DNA of 64,000 bases, taken from assembly GCA_026399435.1 (NCBI GenBank), contig JAPLQX010000012.1, positions 13,499-77,498 on the forward strand, read 5' to 3'. The notes under the pieces are model-generated. The model searched no databases. It was not told the origin of the DNA and worked only from the letters and a program-made list of their open reading frames with translations. Of this stretch, positions 20,644 to 32,669 are shown piece by piece. The DNA comes from Rhodocyclales bacterium (GTDB lineage: Bacteria > Pseudomonadota > Gammaproteobacteria > Burkholderiales > Rhodocyclaceae). Numbering within the stretch: the first letter of the stretch is position 1; the number at the start of each line of letters is the position of its first letter. Both the position numbers and the translations under genes were made by a program.

Positions 20644-21663
20644 GTGAGCCCACCGCTTCATCCTGCCGCCGTTCTGTATCAGGGGGCCAAGCCGTTCCCG
20701 GTGCTCGCCGCCTGCGAGCACTATGCCGGCTCCGAAAAAACCATTCGCAAGGCGTTGCAACTGCAATGGGAGCTACGCGTCGACGATCGCCCGGTTTTCG
20801 ACGTCACCGCCGATTGCGAGGACGGAGCGCCCGCAGGGCGTGCGGCCGAGCACGCCGAAATGATCACCGGCCTGCTGCTCCATGCCGACAATCATTTCGG
20901 GCGACTTGGCGTGCGCATCCATGACGTCACGCACCCGCACTGGCGCGAAGACATCGAGATCATCGTCGGTCGTGCCGGCCGCAAGCTGGCCTACATCGTG
21001 CTGCCCAAGGCGGCCAATGCCGACGATGTCCTGACCCAGATCGTCGCCCTCGACCAGATCCGCGCCCTCTATGGCATCGAGCGCGAAATCCCGGTGCACG
21101 TGATGATCGAAACGCCCGGGGCCCTGCACGAAGTGTGGAAGATCGCCGGGCTGCCGCATGTCGAATCGATCGATTTCGGCCTGATGGATTTCGTCAGCGC
21201 CCATCACGGGGCCATTCCCGGCAGCGCCATGCGTTCGCCGGGGCAGTTTAGCCATTCGCTGGTAACGCGCGCCAAATGCGAAGTCACGGCTGCCGCCCTG
21301 GGCAACGGCGTGATTCCAACCCACAACGTGACCACTGCCCTCAGCGATTCCGATGTCGTGCGCGAGGATGCGCGCCGTGCGCGCAACGAGTTCGGCTTTC
21401 TGCGCATGTGGAGCATTCACCCGCGCCAGATCCAGCCCATTGTCGAAGCCATGCGCCCCGATTTCGCGGAGGTGACGGAAGCCGCCGGAATCCTGCTGGC
21501 CGCGCAAAACGCCAGTTGGGGACCGATCGCATGGGAAGGCAAGCTGCACGACCGTGCTTCCTATCGCTACTACTGGGAGTTGCTGAGCCGGGCCCACGCC
21601 ATGGGCGCCGCCGTGCCGGTCGAAGCGCGGCGCCGTTTCTTCGCTGCTGCCGTAGCCAAATAG
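20644..21663 (+). CDS. HpcH/HpaI aldolase / citrate lyase beta (CitE-like) protein
   Basis: [34 protein letters not shown]. Start GTG 20644 or 20626. Confidence 0.85.
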   Translation: MSPPLHPAAVLYQGAKPFPVLAACEHYAGSEKTIRKALQLQWELRVDDRPVFDVTADCEDGAPAGRAAEHAEMITGLLLHADNHFGRLGVRIHDVTHPHWREDIEIIVGRAGRKLAYIVLPKAANADDVLTQIVALDQIRALYGIEREIPVHVMIETPGALHEVWKIAGLPHVESIDFGLMDFVSAHHGAIPGSAMRSPGQFSHSLVTRAKCEVTAAALGNGVIPTHNVTTALSDSDVVREDARRARNEFGFLRMWSIHPRQIQPIVEAMRPDFAEVTEAAGILLAAQNASWGPIAWEGKLHDRASYRYYWELLSRAHAMGAAVPVEARRRFFAAAVAK

Positions 21664-21709
21664 AAATTCCAGATATCGTTTTCACCGATCCCAACGAGAG
21701 GACCTGATC

Positions 21710-24319
21710 ATGCTTGAAGCCTATCGCCAACACGTCGCCGAACGCGGCAGCCTTGGTATTCCCCCGCTGCCGCTAACCAGGCAGCAGACCGAAGAGCTGG
21801 TCGCCCTTCTGAAAAGCCCACCCAAGGGCGAAGAGGCCTTCCTGGTCGACCTGATCACCCATCGCGTTCCGGCCGGCGTCGACGACGCCGCCAAAGTCAA
21901 GGCCGAGTTCCTGGCAAAGGTTGCCAAAGGCGAAGAAGCCTGTGCGCTGATCTCCCGCCAAAAGGCCACCGAGCTCCTCGGCACCATGGTCGGCGGCTAC
22001 AACGTCAAGCCGCTGATCGACGTGCTCGACGACGCCGTGGTCGGCGCCGTCGCCGCCAAGGCGCTGAAATCCACGCTGTTGATGTTCGACTTCTTCCACG
22101 ACGTCGCGGAAAAAGCCAAAGCGGGCAGCGCCAACGCCAAGTCCGTGATGCAGTCCTGGGCCGACGCGGAGTGGTTCACCCAGCGTCCCGAAGTACCGAA
22201 AAAGATTTCGGTCACCGTGTTCAAGGTCACCGGCGAAACCAACACCGACGACCTCTCCCCGGCGCCCGACGCCTGGAGCCGCCCCGACATCCCGCTGCAC
22301 GGCCTGGCCATGCTGAAGAACGCCCGCGAGGGCATCACGCCGGACAATCCCGGCACCGTCGGCCCGATGAGCCTGATCGTCGAACTGAAAAAGAAGGGCC
22401 ATCCGGTCGCCTATGTCGGCGACGTGGTCGGCACCGGTTCCTCGCGCAAGTCCGCCACCAATTCGGTGCTGTGGTGGACCGGCGACGACATTCCCTTCGT
22501 CCCCAACAAGCGCTATGGCGGCTTCTGTCTCGGCAGCAAGATCGCGCCGATCTTCTTCAACACCCAGGAAGACGCCGGCGCCTTCCCCATCGAATGCGAT
22601 GTCGCGCAGATGAACATGGGCGACGTGATCGACATCCATCCCTATGACAGGAAGATCGAGAAGAACGGCGCGAATGGACCACAACTCATTTCGAAATTCG
22701 ACTACAAGTCCGAAGTGCTGCTCGATGAAGTGCGCGCCGGCGGCCGCATCAACCTGATCATCGGGCGCGGCCTCACCACCAAGGCGCGCGAATTCCTCGG
22801 CCTGCCCGCCTCGACGCTGTTCCGCCTGCCGCAGCCGCCGGTCGACTCCGGCAAGGGTTTCTCGCTGGCGCAGAAGATGGTCGGCCGCGCCTGCGGCCTG
22901 CCCGAAGGCAAGGGCGTTCGCCCCGGTACCTACTGCGAACCGCGCATGACTTCGGTCGGCAGCCAGGACACCACCGGCCCGATGACTCGCGACGAGCTGA
23001 AAGACCTCGCCTGCCTGGGCTTCTCGGCTGACCTCGTGATGCAGTCCTTCTGCCACACCGCCGCCTACCCCAAGCTGGTGGACGTCAAGACCCATCGCAC
23101 GCTGCCGAGTTTCATCACTGCCCGTGGCGGCATTTCGCTCAAGCCCGGCGACGGCATCATTCACAGTTGGCTCAATCGTCTGCTGCTGCCGGATACCGTC
23201 GGCACCGGCGGCGATTCGCACACGCGTTTCCCGATTGGCATTTCCTTCCCCGCCGGCTCCGGCCTGGTGGCGTTTGCCGCCGCCACCGGCGTCATGCCGC
23301 TCGACATGCCCGAATCGGTGCTGGTGCGCTTCAAGGGTTCTCTCGAAGAGGCCGGCAAGCGCGGCATCACCCTGCGCGATCTGGTCAATGCGATTCCGCT
23401 CTACGCGATCAAGGCCGGGCTGCTCACCGTCGCCAAGCAGGGCAAGAAGAACATCTTCTCCGGCCGCATCCTCGAAATCGAAGGCCTGCCCAAGCTCAAG
23501 ATCGAACAGGCCTTCGAACTCACCGACGCCTCGGCCGAGCGCTCCGCCGCTGGCTGCACCGTGCGCCTCGACAAGGAACCAATCGTCGAGTACATGCGTT
23601 CCAACATCACGCTGATGAAGTGGATGATCGCCGAAGGCTATGAGGACAAGCGGGCACTGGGCCGTCGCGTCAAGGCGATGGAAGAATGGATCGCCCATGG
23701 CACCCTGCTCCAGCCCGACGCCAATGCGGAATACGCCGCCGTGATCGAAATCGACCTGGCCGACGTCAAGGAACCGGTGCTGGCCTGCCCCAACGATCCG
23801 GATGACGTCAAGACGCTGTCGGAAGTTGCCGGCGAGAAGATCGACGAAGTTTTCATCGGCAGTTGCATGACCAACATCGGCCACTTCCGCGCCGCCGGCA
23901 AGGTGCTCGAAGGCAAGACCGACATTCCGACCCGCCTGTGGATCGCGCCGCCGACCAAGATGGACGCCATGATCCTCAACGAGGAAGGCTACTACGCCAT
24001 CCTCGGCAAGTCCGGTGCGCGCATGGAAATGCCCGGCTGCTCGCTGTGCATGGGCAACCAGGCGCAGATCAAGAAGGGCAGCACGGCGGTCTCTACCTCG
24101 ACCCGCAACTTCCCCAACCGCCTCGGCATCGACACCCGCGTCTATCTGAGTTCCGCCGAACTCGCGGCGGTGACGGCGCTGATGGGCAAGATCCCCACCA
24201 TGGCCGAATACCTGGAGCAGGTGCAGGCGGTCAATGCCAAGGCGGCGGATGTCTATCGCTACATGAACTTCGACCAGATCCCGGAGTTCAAGGAAGTGGC
24301 GGATACCGTCACGGTATAA
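21710..24319 (+). CDS. acnB: Aconitate hydratase B
   Basis: 869 aa; HEAT N-terminus, [28 protein letters not shown]. Confidence 0.97.
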   Translation: MLEAYRQHVAERGSLGIPPLPLTRQQTEELVALLKSPPKGEEAFLVDLITHRVPAGVDDAAKVKAEFLAKVAKGEEACALISRQKATELLGTMVGGYNVKPLIDVLDDAVVGAVAAKALKSTLLMFDFFHDVAEKAKAGSANAKSVMQSWADAEWFTQRPEVPKKISVTVFKVTGETNTDDLSPAPDAWSRPDIPLHGLAMLKNAREGITPDNPGTVGPMSLIVELKKKGHPVAYVGDVVGTGSSRKSATNSVLWWTGDDIPFVPNKRYGGFCLGSKIAPIFFNTQEDAGAFPIECDVAQMNMGDVIDIHPYDRKIEKNGANGPQLISKFDYKSEVLLDEVRAGGRINLIIGRGLTTKAREFLGLPASTLFRLPQPPVDSGKGFSLAQKMVGRACGLPEGKGVRPGTYCEPRMTSVGSQDTTGPMTRDELKDLACLGFSADLVMQSFCHTAAYPKLVDVKTHRTLPSFITARGGISLKPGDGIIHSWLNRLLLPDTVGTGGDSHTRFPIGISFPAGSGLVAFAAATGVMPLDMPESVLVRFKGSLEEAGKRGITLRDLVNAIPLYAIKAGLLTVAKQGKKNIFSGRILEIEGLPKLKIEQAFELTDASAERSAAGCTVRLDKEPIVEYMRSNITLMKWMIAEGYEDKRALGRRVKAMEEWIAHGTLLQPDANAEYAAVIEIDLADVKEPVLACPNDPDDVKTLSEVAGEKIDEVFIGSCMTNIGHFRAAGKVLEGKTDIPTRLWIAPPTKMDAMILNEEGYYAILGKSGARMEMPGCSLCMGNQAQIKKGSTAVSTSTRNFPNRLGIDTRVYLSSAELAAVTALMGKIPTMAEYLEQVQAVNAKAADVYRYMNFDQIPEFKEVADTVTV

Positions 24320-24422
24320 GCAGTGTTGTAAATCGGCGTGTCACCATCCGCTACGGCGAGGAGAGCGTTTCTTGCTCGACCGCCTTGTAGCGCAGTTGCT
24401 TCACCAGCGCCGACTTTTGAGC

Positions 24423-24460
24423 AACGCCCTCGCAGAGCAATCTGCGGGGGCGTTTTCTCT
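24423..24460 (+). terminator. Rho-independent terminator after acnB
   Basis: aacgccctcgcaga-GCAA-tctgcgggggcgtt then ttctct. Confidence 0.8.
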
Positions 24461-24501
24461 GGGACAATTCGATCTCTCCCGTTCGACCCTATCCGATTCG
24501 A

Positions 24502-24720
24502 ATGCACGCCGAAGATCTGCAACTGCTCGTCACCCGCGAAATGCCCTTTGGCAAGTACAAGGGGCGACTGATCGCCGATCTGCCCGGGAACTATCTGAAC
24601 TGGTTTGCCCGCGAAGGTTTTCCGTCCGGGGAGATCGGCCGCCTGCTGGCGCTGATGCAGGAGATCGATCACAACGGGCTGAAGGATTTGCTGGCGCCGC
24701 TGCGCGCCGCCAAGCGTTAA
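24502..24720 (+). CDS. DUF3820-family small protein
   Basis: MPFGKYKGR.IADLP.NYL.WF...GFP.GE.G.LL. Confidence 0.85.
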   Translation: MHAEDLQLLVTREMPFGKYKGRLIADLPGNYLNWFAREGFPSGEIGRLLALMQEIDHNGLKDLLAPLRAAKR

Positions 24721-24729
24721 ACGGCTTGT

Positions 24730-26484
24730 TCAGTCAGGCATCGCCCCTGGACTTCCCAACAGGCCCGGCTCGAAAAAGCGCATAGTATTGCGGCCGGCCG
24801 CCTTGGACTGATACATCGCGAGGTCCGCCTGCTTGAGCAGGTCATCGATCGTCTTCCGCTGATCGACATACAGGGTGACGCCGATGCTTGGCGTACTGTG
24901 GTGTTCCTTGCCGAGCAGCGTGTAGAGCCGGTTGAGTGCGGCGAGGATCTTTTCGCCGACGACTTCGGCCTGCCGTCTGGCTTCATCCAGATTTTCGCTC
25001 AGCTCGCTCAGCATCACCACGAACTCGTCGCCTCCCAGACGCGCGGCCGTATCGACCTCGCGGATACAGCTCTTGAGGCGCGTCGCTACTTCCTGCAGGA
25101 GGAGATCGCCGTGATCGTGGCCATGCGTGTCGTTGAGTTCCTTGAACTTGTCCAGATCGATCAGGAGCAGCGCGCCATGATGCCCGCTGCGGGCGCATGT
25201 TGCCACCGCGCGCTGAAGCCGGTCCATCAGCAGCCGGCGGTTGGGCAGTTGGGTGAGATCGTCGTAGAGGGCCAGATGCCTGATCGCCTCCTCCGCTGCC
25301 TTGCGCTCGGTGATGTCCGCCATCGTCGCGACATAGTGTGTCACCAGCAGGCCATCGACGTCACGCACCACAGCTATCGTCAGCCACTGCGGATAGATTT
25401 CGCCATTCTTGCGCCGGTTCCAAATTTCGCCCTGCCATGACCCGCAGCGATGGATGCGCTCCCACATCTCAGCGTAAAAGTCCGCATCATGGCGCCCCGA
25501 ACTCAGCATGGTCGGTGTCTTCCCGATGACTTCCTCGGCGGAGTAGCCTGTCAGTTCCGAAAATGCGCGGTTAACCCGCTGGATCACCTTGTCCGCGTCG
25601 GTGACAAGAATAGCCATATCCGCCTCGAAGGCGGTGGCCGCAATCCGCAACTGGATGTCCGCCTGCTTTCGCTCCGTGACATCCCGGGCGACCACGACAA
25701 CCCGCGCAATCTGGCCCGTATTGTCACGAATCACCGCACCGATCGATTCCATCCAGCGGATGCTGCCGTCGGGCAGCACGAAGCGGTAATCGCCCTGCTG
25801 GCCGATCCCGGTCCTTACCGTTTCGAGGAAGGCCTGCTTGATCCGCGCCCGGTCCTCCACATGAATCTCCGCAAAGGAGTCGGTACCACGCAGGTCTCTC
25901 GCATGACCGAAAAGCCGTTGATACGAGGGGCTGTTGTAGATCCGGCGACCTTCAATATCGAGCACTGCAATGAAGTCGCCAAGATTCTCGGCGATCAGGC
26001 GGAAGAATTTCTCCTGCTCGCGCAAAGCCTGTTCGGTTTTTTTGCGCACCCCGATGTCGGTCACGACCATCAGCACCGCGGGCGTCGTTCCTTCCCGTGC
26101 CAATAACACCCCATCGAGCTGAGCGGATAGGCAGGAACCGTCGCCGCGCAAGAGGCTTGCTTCAAAGCTCACCTGACCTTTACCGAGCGCCGGACCGAAA
26201 AGATTCCGGCTCAGCAGATCGACGTCGCCGGGTGCCACGAAGCGAACAAAAGGTGCATTCAGCAGGTCTCTGCCGTCAATCCGCAATAGTTCGGCGCCCG
26301 CGCGATTGACCTGGGCAATCGAGCCCTCCTCGGTGAGTTCGAAATAGGCGCTGGGCGCGAACTCGTAAAGATTGGCAAAGCGATCGCACGCCGACTCCAT
26401 CGCGGTCAGCGCGCGCTGCAACTCCACGACTTGCTGCTCCAATCGAAGCTGACCGGACCGCGGTTGCGGCTTCGTCGACTTCAA
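24730..26484 (-). CDS. Triple-PAS diguanylate cyclase
   Basis: Three PAS/PAC repeats, intact RLGGDEF, I-site REVD five residues upstream; TTG start after SD AGGAGG. Confidence 0.9.
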   Translation of the reverse strand: MKSTKPQPRSGQLRLEQQVVELQRALTAMESACDRFANLYEFAPSAYFELTEEGSIAQVNRAGAELLRIDGRDLLNAPFVRFVAPGDVDLLSRNLFGPALGKGQVSFEASLLRGDGSCLSAQLDGVLLAREGTTPAVLMVVTDIGVRKKTEQALREQEKFFRLIAENLGDFIAVLDIEGRRIYNSPSYQRLFGHARDLRGTDSFAEIHVEDRARIKQAFLETVRTGIGQQGDYRFVLPDGSIRWMESIGAVIRDNTGQIARVVVVARDVTERKQADIQLRIAATAFEADMAILVTDADKVIQRVNRAFSELTGYSAEEVIGKTPTMLSSGRHDADFYAEMWERIHRCGSWQGEIWNRRKNGEIYPQWLTIAVVRDVDGLLVTHYVATMADITERKAAEEAIRHLALYDDLTQLPNRRLLMDRLQRAVATCARSGHHGALLLIDLDKFKELNDTHGHDHGDLLLQEVATRLKSCIREVDTAARLGGDEFVVMLSELSENLDEARRQAEVVGEKILAALNRLYTLLGKEHHSTPSIGVTLYVDQRKTIDDLLKQADLAMYQSKAAGRNTMRFFEPGLLGSPGAMPD

Positions 26485-26526
26485 TCCCCCTCCTGCGTTG
26501 GCCGGCGGCGGTCCGGACCGGACAGG

Positions 26527-26742
26527 TCACGCATGCTCCGATCCCCTTGCCCCAAGCGGCTGACTGGCGTAAGCCCAATTGAGGTAGGCGATACGCAACG
26601 CGACCAATTCGCGGTGCGCGTTCGTATCGCCCTCCGAAGCCTTGTCGAGCAGTACCTGAAAACGTCTTTCGCTGGCGCAGTTGAGCTCCGCCGCCGAAGT
26701 TGCGGGCGGCAAACCGATCATTTCACTGAGCGACGGAATCAT
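26527..26742 (-). CDS. Small hypothetical protein (71 aa)
   Basis: Co-oriented directly upstream of the cyclase, helical-looking sequence; no family recognised. Confidence 0.45.
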   Translation of the reverse strand: MIPSLSEMIGLPPATSAAELNCASERRFQVLLDKASEGDTNAHRELVALRIAYLNWAYASQPLGARGSEHA

Positions 26743-26941
26743 TTGCTAGGTGCCGTTCCGCCTTCTGGCCGTTGGCATTTCAGGTCCTTTCGTAAATCAG
26801 TGACTCGACATTGCTCACCCTTCCGGAAATGCCCTCCGGAATACGCGAGCAATCGAGTCAATGCCCATTCGACGATACGCGGGACCCGCCAGACCGCAAG
26901 CAGCCCCAAACTAGACCATTCTGTGCCAATCAAACCAAACG

Positions 26942-26987
26942 GAAATACTAGCAGACAGGTATTTCAGCTACCGCCTTACTGGTATTT
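26942..26987. promoter_or_regulatory. Tandem TAC-N10-GTA (NarL 7-2-7-like) sites
   Basis: gaaaTAC-tagcagacag-GTAtttc and cTAC-cgccttactg-GTAttt, 23-bp period. Confidence 0.6.
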
Positions 26988-27030
26988 TTCGGTAACACGC
27001 CAGAATGCGATCAGCCGGATGAAGCAAACA

Positions 27031-27675
27031 TCAGGGCACGACCAGCCCGGTGCGAATAGCATATTTCGTAAGGTCCACGACGTTGTGCAACTTGAGTTTT
27101 CTCATCAGGTTGCGGCGGTGAACATCCACCGTGCTGGGCGAAATGTGCAATTCAGCTGCGATGTCGGGCGCGCTCTTGCCCTCGGCAAGCAGGGTGGCCA
27201 CCTGAATCTCGCGCCGCGATAGCGGATGATCGTCGGGATCTCCCGACGCGGACCGCCGACTGCGCAGGCTGTCGGTCACCAGTGAGGTAACTTGAGGGCA
27301 GAGATAGCTGCGTCCATCGACCACGCTGCGAATGCCCTGCTTCAGCTCGGCGCCGGCCGCGGACTTGACGATATAGCCGCGCGCACCCGCATCCAGCATC
27401 TGCTGGACGATGCGCCGGTCAAGGTAGGTCGACAATGCCAGCACCTTGATCTCCGGGTGGATGGCAAGCAGGCGCCGCGTGATCTCGATGCCTGATTGCC
27501 CCGGCAGGGCGATATCCATCACGACGACGTCGGGTGCCAACTCTTCCGCCATTCGCAGCGCCGTCTCGCCATCGCCGACTTCGGCAACCACTTGCATGCC
27601 GCTGTCCTGCTCCAGCACCATGCGCAATGCTTCGCGCACCATCGTATGGTCATCGACAAGCATGATTCGAATCAT
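27031..27675 (-). CDS. NarL/FixJ-family response regulator
   Basis: REC domain (VDDH, MDIALP) plus LuxR HTH LSRRE...TVDVHRRNLMRKL. Confidence 0.93.
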   Translation of the reverse strand: MIRIMLVDDHTMVREALRMVLEQDSGMQVVAEVGDGETALRMAEELAPDVVVMDIALPGQSGIEITRRLLAIHPEIKVLALSTYLDRRIVQQMLDAGARGYIVKSAAGAELKQGIRSVVDGRSYLCPQVTSLVTDSLRSRRSASGDPDDHPLSRREIQVATLLAEGKSAPDIAAELHISPSTVDVHRRNLMRKLKLHNVVDLTKYAIRTGLVVP

Positions 27676-27685
27676 CGCGGCTCTC

Positions 27686-29167
27686 CTAATTGGCTATCTG
27701 ACAGGGGACCGTCAGGGTGATCGTGGTGCCGTTGCCCGGGCTGCTGTCGACCTCCATCGCACCTCCGATATTGACCATGCGTTCGTAGATCGAACTCAGG
27801 CCAAAACTGCGCTGCCCGGACATGGCACCACGGTGATCGGTCGGATCGAAACCGCAACCGTCGTCCTCAACGACGAGCACCAGTTGGCTCTCGCCACACA
27901 GGCAGGAGACGCTCGCATCGTTTACCCCTGCGTGCTTGGCTACGTTGATCAGGAGCTCGCGCACCGAACGGTACAGCACCGCCTGAATTTCCTGGCCCAG
28001 CGGCTTGTCGCACAGATCACCGTGGATCCTTACCGCGATGCCGTACACGCGCTCGATTTCATCGCCCAACCATTCCAGCGCCGGCATCAAGCCCAGCCTG
28101 TGCAGGATCGGCGGACTCAGCTCCATGGTGATGGACCGCGCCGACCGTTCGGCCTGGTCCACCAGTGCCACGACCTCGTTGACTGCCGATGGAGGCGAGC
28201 CGGCCGCGAGCGTGGTCAGCTTGATCTTGATCACCGCCAGGAGTTGCCCGAGGTTGTCGTGCAGATCCTCCGCCAGCAGGCGCCGCTCGCGTTCTTCGGT
28301 CATCGTCAGTTGCGCTGACAGCCGGCGCAGCTGCGTTGTCCGCTCCTGCACCTTGGCTTCCAGGCTCGCCGCCATTTCGCGCAATTTTTCCTCGACCTGC
28401 TTGCGCTCGGTGATGTCTTTCACGGTCGCCATGTAACCGAGAATGTTGCCTTGAGCATCCTTGACGGCGGACGGACTGACGATCACCGGAAAGCGCTCGT
28501 CGGTCTTGCGCATGAAGGTCAATTCAAGCGTGTTCGCTTCCTCCTGCAGAACCTTCCGGAAAGCGTCCCAAATGGTTTCATGTGCTTCGGGCGGCCAATA
28601 TAGATGTGGCAGTCCTGAACCTATCAATTCCTCACGCGAAAACCCGGTCATGCGGCACAAGGCCGGGTTTACCTCCAGGTGGACGCCTTTTGAATCCACC
28701 AGCGACAATCCCTCCTGCATGAATTCAATCAATCTGTTCGAGAAACCGGCCGAGGCGGTCAAGGCCTCCTGCACCCTCTTGCGCTCACTGATATCGGTCA
28801 GGAGACTGCGCACCGAGGGAGGATGGCCGTCCTTGACCTTGCGGAGGCTATCCATTCGAACGTCGAGGCGAGACCCATCGGGACGCACCAGCGTCACTTC
28901 GCAATTCCGGCTGACATCCTTGCGTAGCGCGCTCATGAAATGCCGTTGCCAGCGGTCGGCATCTTCGGCCGCGAGATGGAGGCTGAAGCGGCGTTGCACC
29001 AGCTTTGCGCGATCCATTCCCAGCATTTTGGCGCCGACAGGGTTGATTTCGGTGATCAGGCCCTTGTCGCTGAGCGTCAGATGACCGACGGGAAAGGCTG
29101 TAGTCGCATTTTCCGCCTCTTCACCGGCCCCTGCGGGAACATTTTTGGCGATCTTTCTGGCTGTCAC
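27686..29167 (-). CDS. Cytoplasmic PAS-PAS histidine kinase (HisKA_3)
   Basis: EERERRLLAEDLHDNLGQ, NVAKHA, DDGCGF; no TM helices. Confidence 0.9.
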   Translation of the reverse strand: MTARKIAKNVPAGAGEEAENATTAFPVGHLTLSDKGLITEINPVGAKMLGMDRAKLVQRRFSLHLAAEDADRWQRHFMSALRKDVSRNCEVTLVRPDGSRLDVRMDSLRKVKDGHPPSVRSLLTDISERKRVQEALTASAGFSNRLIEFMQEGLSLVDSKGVHLEVNPALCRMTGFSREELIGSGLPHLYWPPEAHETIWDAFRKVLQEEANTLELTFMRKTDERFPVIVSPSAVKDAQGNILGYMATVKDITERKQVEEKLREMAASLEAKVQERTTQLRRLSAQLTMTEERERRLLAEDLHDNLGQLLAVIKIKLTTLAAGSPPSAVNEVVALVDQAERSARSITMELSPPILHRLGLMPALEWLGDEIERVYGIAVRIHGDLCDKPLGQEIQAVLYRSVRELLINVAKHAGVNDASVSCLCGESQLVLVVEDDGCGFDPTDHRGAMSGQRSFGLSSIYERMVNIGGAMEVDSSPGNGTTITLTVPCQIAN

Positions 29168-29331
29168 GGGCTTCCTTTTTTGGCACCGCCCTCACGGCGA
29201 CCCGCGCTCGGTGGCGACGGCCTGCATATGCACTATACCCCGCCATGCCAATGGCTGACGAATTCCACCACAAGCCGAAAACCCGGTGCGTGTAGACTGG
29301 ACGTGCTGACATAAGAAGGAAGGATGCAGCC

Positions 29332-30429
<1,098 letters not shown>

Positions 30430-30437
30430 CCCTCGCC

Positions 30438-30605
30438 ATGCTGAAAAAAACTGCTATCAGACGACCCATCGCCCTTGTTCTCGTTGTGCTCGGCGCCGCT
30501 CTGATGTTTCTTGCGCCAGAGACCTGGGCCGGCTTGGCGCTCCTGGCAATCGGCATCTCGCTGGAAGTGGCCGGCATCGCACTGCGCCATCGGGATTCCC
30601 CTTGA
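30438..30605 (+). CDS. Small two-TM membrane protein (55 aa)
   Basis: MLKKTAIRRPIALVLVVLGAALMFLAPETWAGLALLAIGISLEVAGIALRHRDSP, starting 8 nt after amrS. Confidence 0.6.
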   Translation: MLKKTAIRRPIALVLVVLGAALMFLAPETWAGLALLAIGISLEVAGIALRHRDSP

Positions 30606-30632
30606 GCGCAGGGAATACAAGGTAGTGCGACG

Positions 30633-31319
30633 CTAAGGCCGCGATCGCGTCAGCGGCACGAAGGAAACCATCAGGATGCTCCGGCTGCTGACGGATGCAT
30701 CGCCGCGTTTTTCGACGAGCATCAGTTGCTGTATGCCTCCGGGCTCTCCGACCGGGATGACCAGCCGGCCCCCGGGCTTCAACTGCTCGACCAGTGGCGG
30801 CGGAATGTGCGGTGCGGCTGCTGTGACGATGATGCCGTCGAAGGGCGCATGTTCGGGCCAACCCTGATAGCCGTCGCCATGCCGCACCGTGACATTGCCA
30901 TAACCCAGCTCCCGCAGACGCTCGTCGGCGGCTCTGGCCAGCGCGCCGATGATTTCGATGCTGTAGACCTGCTGCACGACTTCGGCCAGCACGGCCGACT
31001 GGTAGCCTGAGCCGGTGCCAACCTCGAGGACAATGCTGTCCGGCCGCGGCTCGAGCAGATCGGTCATCAACGCCACGATGTAGGGTTGGGAGATGGTCTG
31101 GCCATAGCCTATCGGCAGCGGCCCATTGACGAACGCTTGGTGGCGATCGTAGGCGCCCACAAAGCGCTCGCGCGGAACCTTCGCCATGGCCGCCATTACC
31201 CGCTCGTCGAGCGCCGTCTTGCCGATCTCGTAGCGGGTAAGAGCGACTTCCTCAAGGATGTCGCGCAGCATGGCCTTGCGGTCCGCTGCCGTTGCAGATA
31301 TCGAAAATCCTTTCACCAT
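30633..31319 (-). CDS. pcm: Protein-L-isoaspartate O-methyltransferase
   Basis: GQTISQPY, LEVGTGSGY, APFDGIIVTAA, FVPL; start uncertain (31319 or 31271). Confidence 0.93.
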   Translation of the reverse strand: MVKGFSISATAADRKAMLRDILEEVALTRYEIGKTALDERVMAAMAKVPRERFVGAYDRHQAFVNGPLPIGYGQTISQPYIVALMTDLLEPRPDSIVLEVGTGSGYQSAVLAEVVQQVYSIEIIGALARAADERLRELGYGNVTVRHGDGYQGWPEHAPFDGIIVTAAAPHIPPPLVEQLKPGGRLVIPVGEPGGIQQLMLVEKRGDASVSSRSILMVSFVPLTRSRP

Positions 31320-31456
31320 GGCGCATACCCACCCATTTCGTTTTCCATCATAGTAGCGGCTGGCGCAAGGACCAGGCGAAGTCTCCGCAAACGACTGGAC
31401 AGACCCACGGCTTCGCCACTCCGCACGGGGTCGTCGAGAGGCAACGGGCAAGCACA

Positions 31457-32230
31457 ATGGTGATGGCGACATTTCGCTTTTATGAGGAGTTGAACGACTT
31501 TCTGCCGGCCGAGCGGCGCCGACTGGAATTCAGCGTCCCTTGTGCCGAGGAAGCGACGACCAAGCACATGATCGAGGCCCTGGGTGTGCCTCACACCGAA
31601 GTCGAACTGATTCTGGTCAACGGCGAGTCGGTCAGTTTCGATCAGCGGCTGCAGGAAGGCGATCGCGTCGCGGTCTATCCGAAGTTCGAGACCCTCGATG
31701 TCACGCCACTGCTCCGCGTCCGCGAACAGCCGCTGCGCACCCCGCGATTCGTCGCCGACGCCCACTTGGGCGCACTGGCTCGCCTGCTGCGCATGGCCGG
31801 GTTCGATACGCTCTACGACAATCACTACCAGGACCGGGAGATTGCCGACATCGGCGGGCGGGAAGGCCGCATCGTGCTGACGCGCGACCGCGAGTTGCTC
31901 AAACTGCGCAGCATTACGCACGGCTGCTATGTCCATGCCGTGAAGCCGGTCAAGCAGTTCCTGGAGATCATGGATCGCCTGGACCTGGCGCGCAGCACCC
32001 GGCCCTTCAGCCTTTGCCTGGTGTGCAATGCGCCGCTGCGGGCCATCGACAAGGCGGCTGTGCTCGAGCGGCTGCCGCCATCGGTTCGAGACAGCCACGA
32101 GCGCTTCACGACCTGCGATACCTGTCATCGCGTCTTCTGGGAAGGCTCGCACTGGCGGCGGATGCAGGAATGGGTGGGCGCGGCGCAATCGGGCACCGAA
32201 GTGCCGCCTGCCGATCGCCGAGAATCGTGA
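31457..32230 (+). CDS. Ubiquitin-like + Mut7-C (PIN-fold) RNase
   Basis: FRFYEELNDFL, EALGVPHTEV, DAHLG.LAR.LR..GFD, LTRD, CxxC...CxxC..WEGSH. Confidence 0.9.
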   Translation: MVMATFRFYEELNDFLPAERRRLEFSVPCAEEATTKHMIEALGVPHTEVELILVNGESVSFDQRLQEGDRVAVYPKFETLDVTPLLRVREQPLRTPRFVADAHLGALARLLRMAGFDTLYDNHYQDREIADIGGREGRIVLTRDRELLKLRSITHGCYVHAVKPVKQFLEIMDRLDLARSTRPFSLCLVCNAPLRAIDKAAVLERLPPSVRDSHERFTTCDTCHRVFWEGSHWRRMQEWVGAAQSGTEVPPADRRES

Positions 32231-32258
32231 CGAGTCACCGTATCGCAAGCGTCGACTC

Positions 32259-32621
32259 TCAGCAGGTCACATGAAACAGGCCGACGACCGATCCGTGCGC
32301 CTTGTTCCAGTGCGCGATGGCTTCTGGCGTCGGCGCCAGGTCGACCGCCACTCCCTTCTTCGCGAAATAGTCGGCGGCCTCGCTGGACAGCGTGACCATG
32401 CCGTTCTGTCCGGCGCCGACGATCAGCCGTTCGGCACCCTTCTCGGCGATGTACTCGGCTTCCGCCAGCGAGACGATATGGGAGGTCCCGTACACGGCCT
32501 TGGAGAGTTTCTTTTTGCGCTTCGTCACTTCTCCGGAAAGCCGGATCAGCACGTCATGCTCGATGCAGTCGCCGTCGATGGTGATGGAACCGAATTCGCT
32601 GGCGTCGATTTTGGGTTTCAT
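32259..32621 (-). CDS. Mth938-like (DUF498/AAMDC) protein
   Basis: FGSITIDG...HDVLI, LIVGAGQ.G, C-terminal FHVTC. Confidence 0.8.
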   Translation of the reverse strand: MKPKIDASEFGSITIDGDCIEHDVLIRLSGEVTKRKKKLSKAVYGTSHIVSLAEAEYIAEKGAERLIVGAGQNGMVTLSSEAADYFAKKGVAVDLAPTPEAIAHWNKAHGSVVGLFHVTC

Positions 32622-32669
32622 CGGGTACTCCTTTCACTGATGGAGGCCTGGTCGCCTGTCGCGTCGGGA

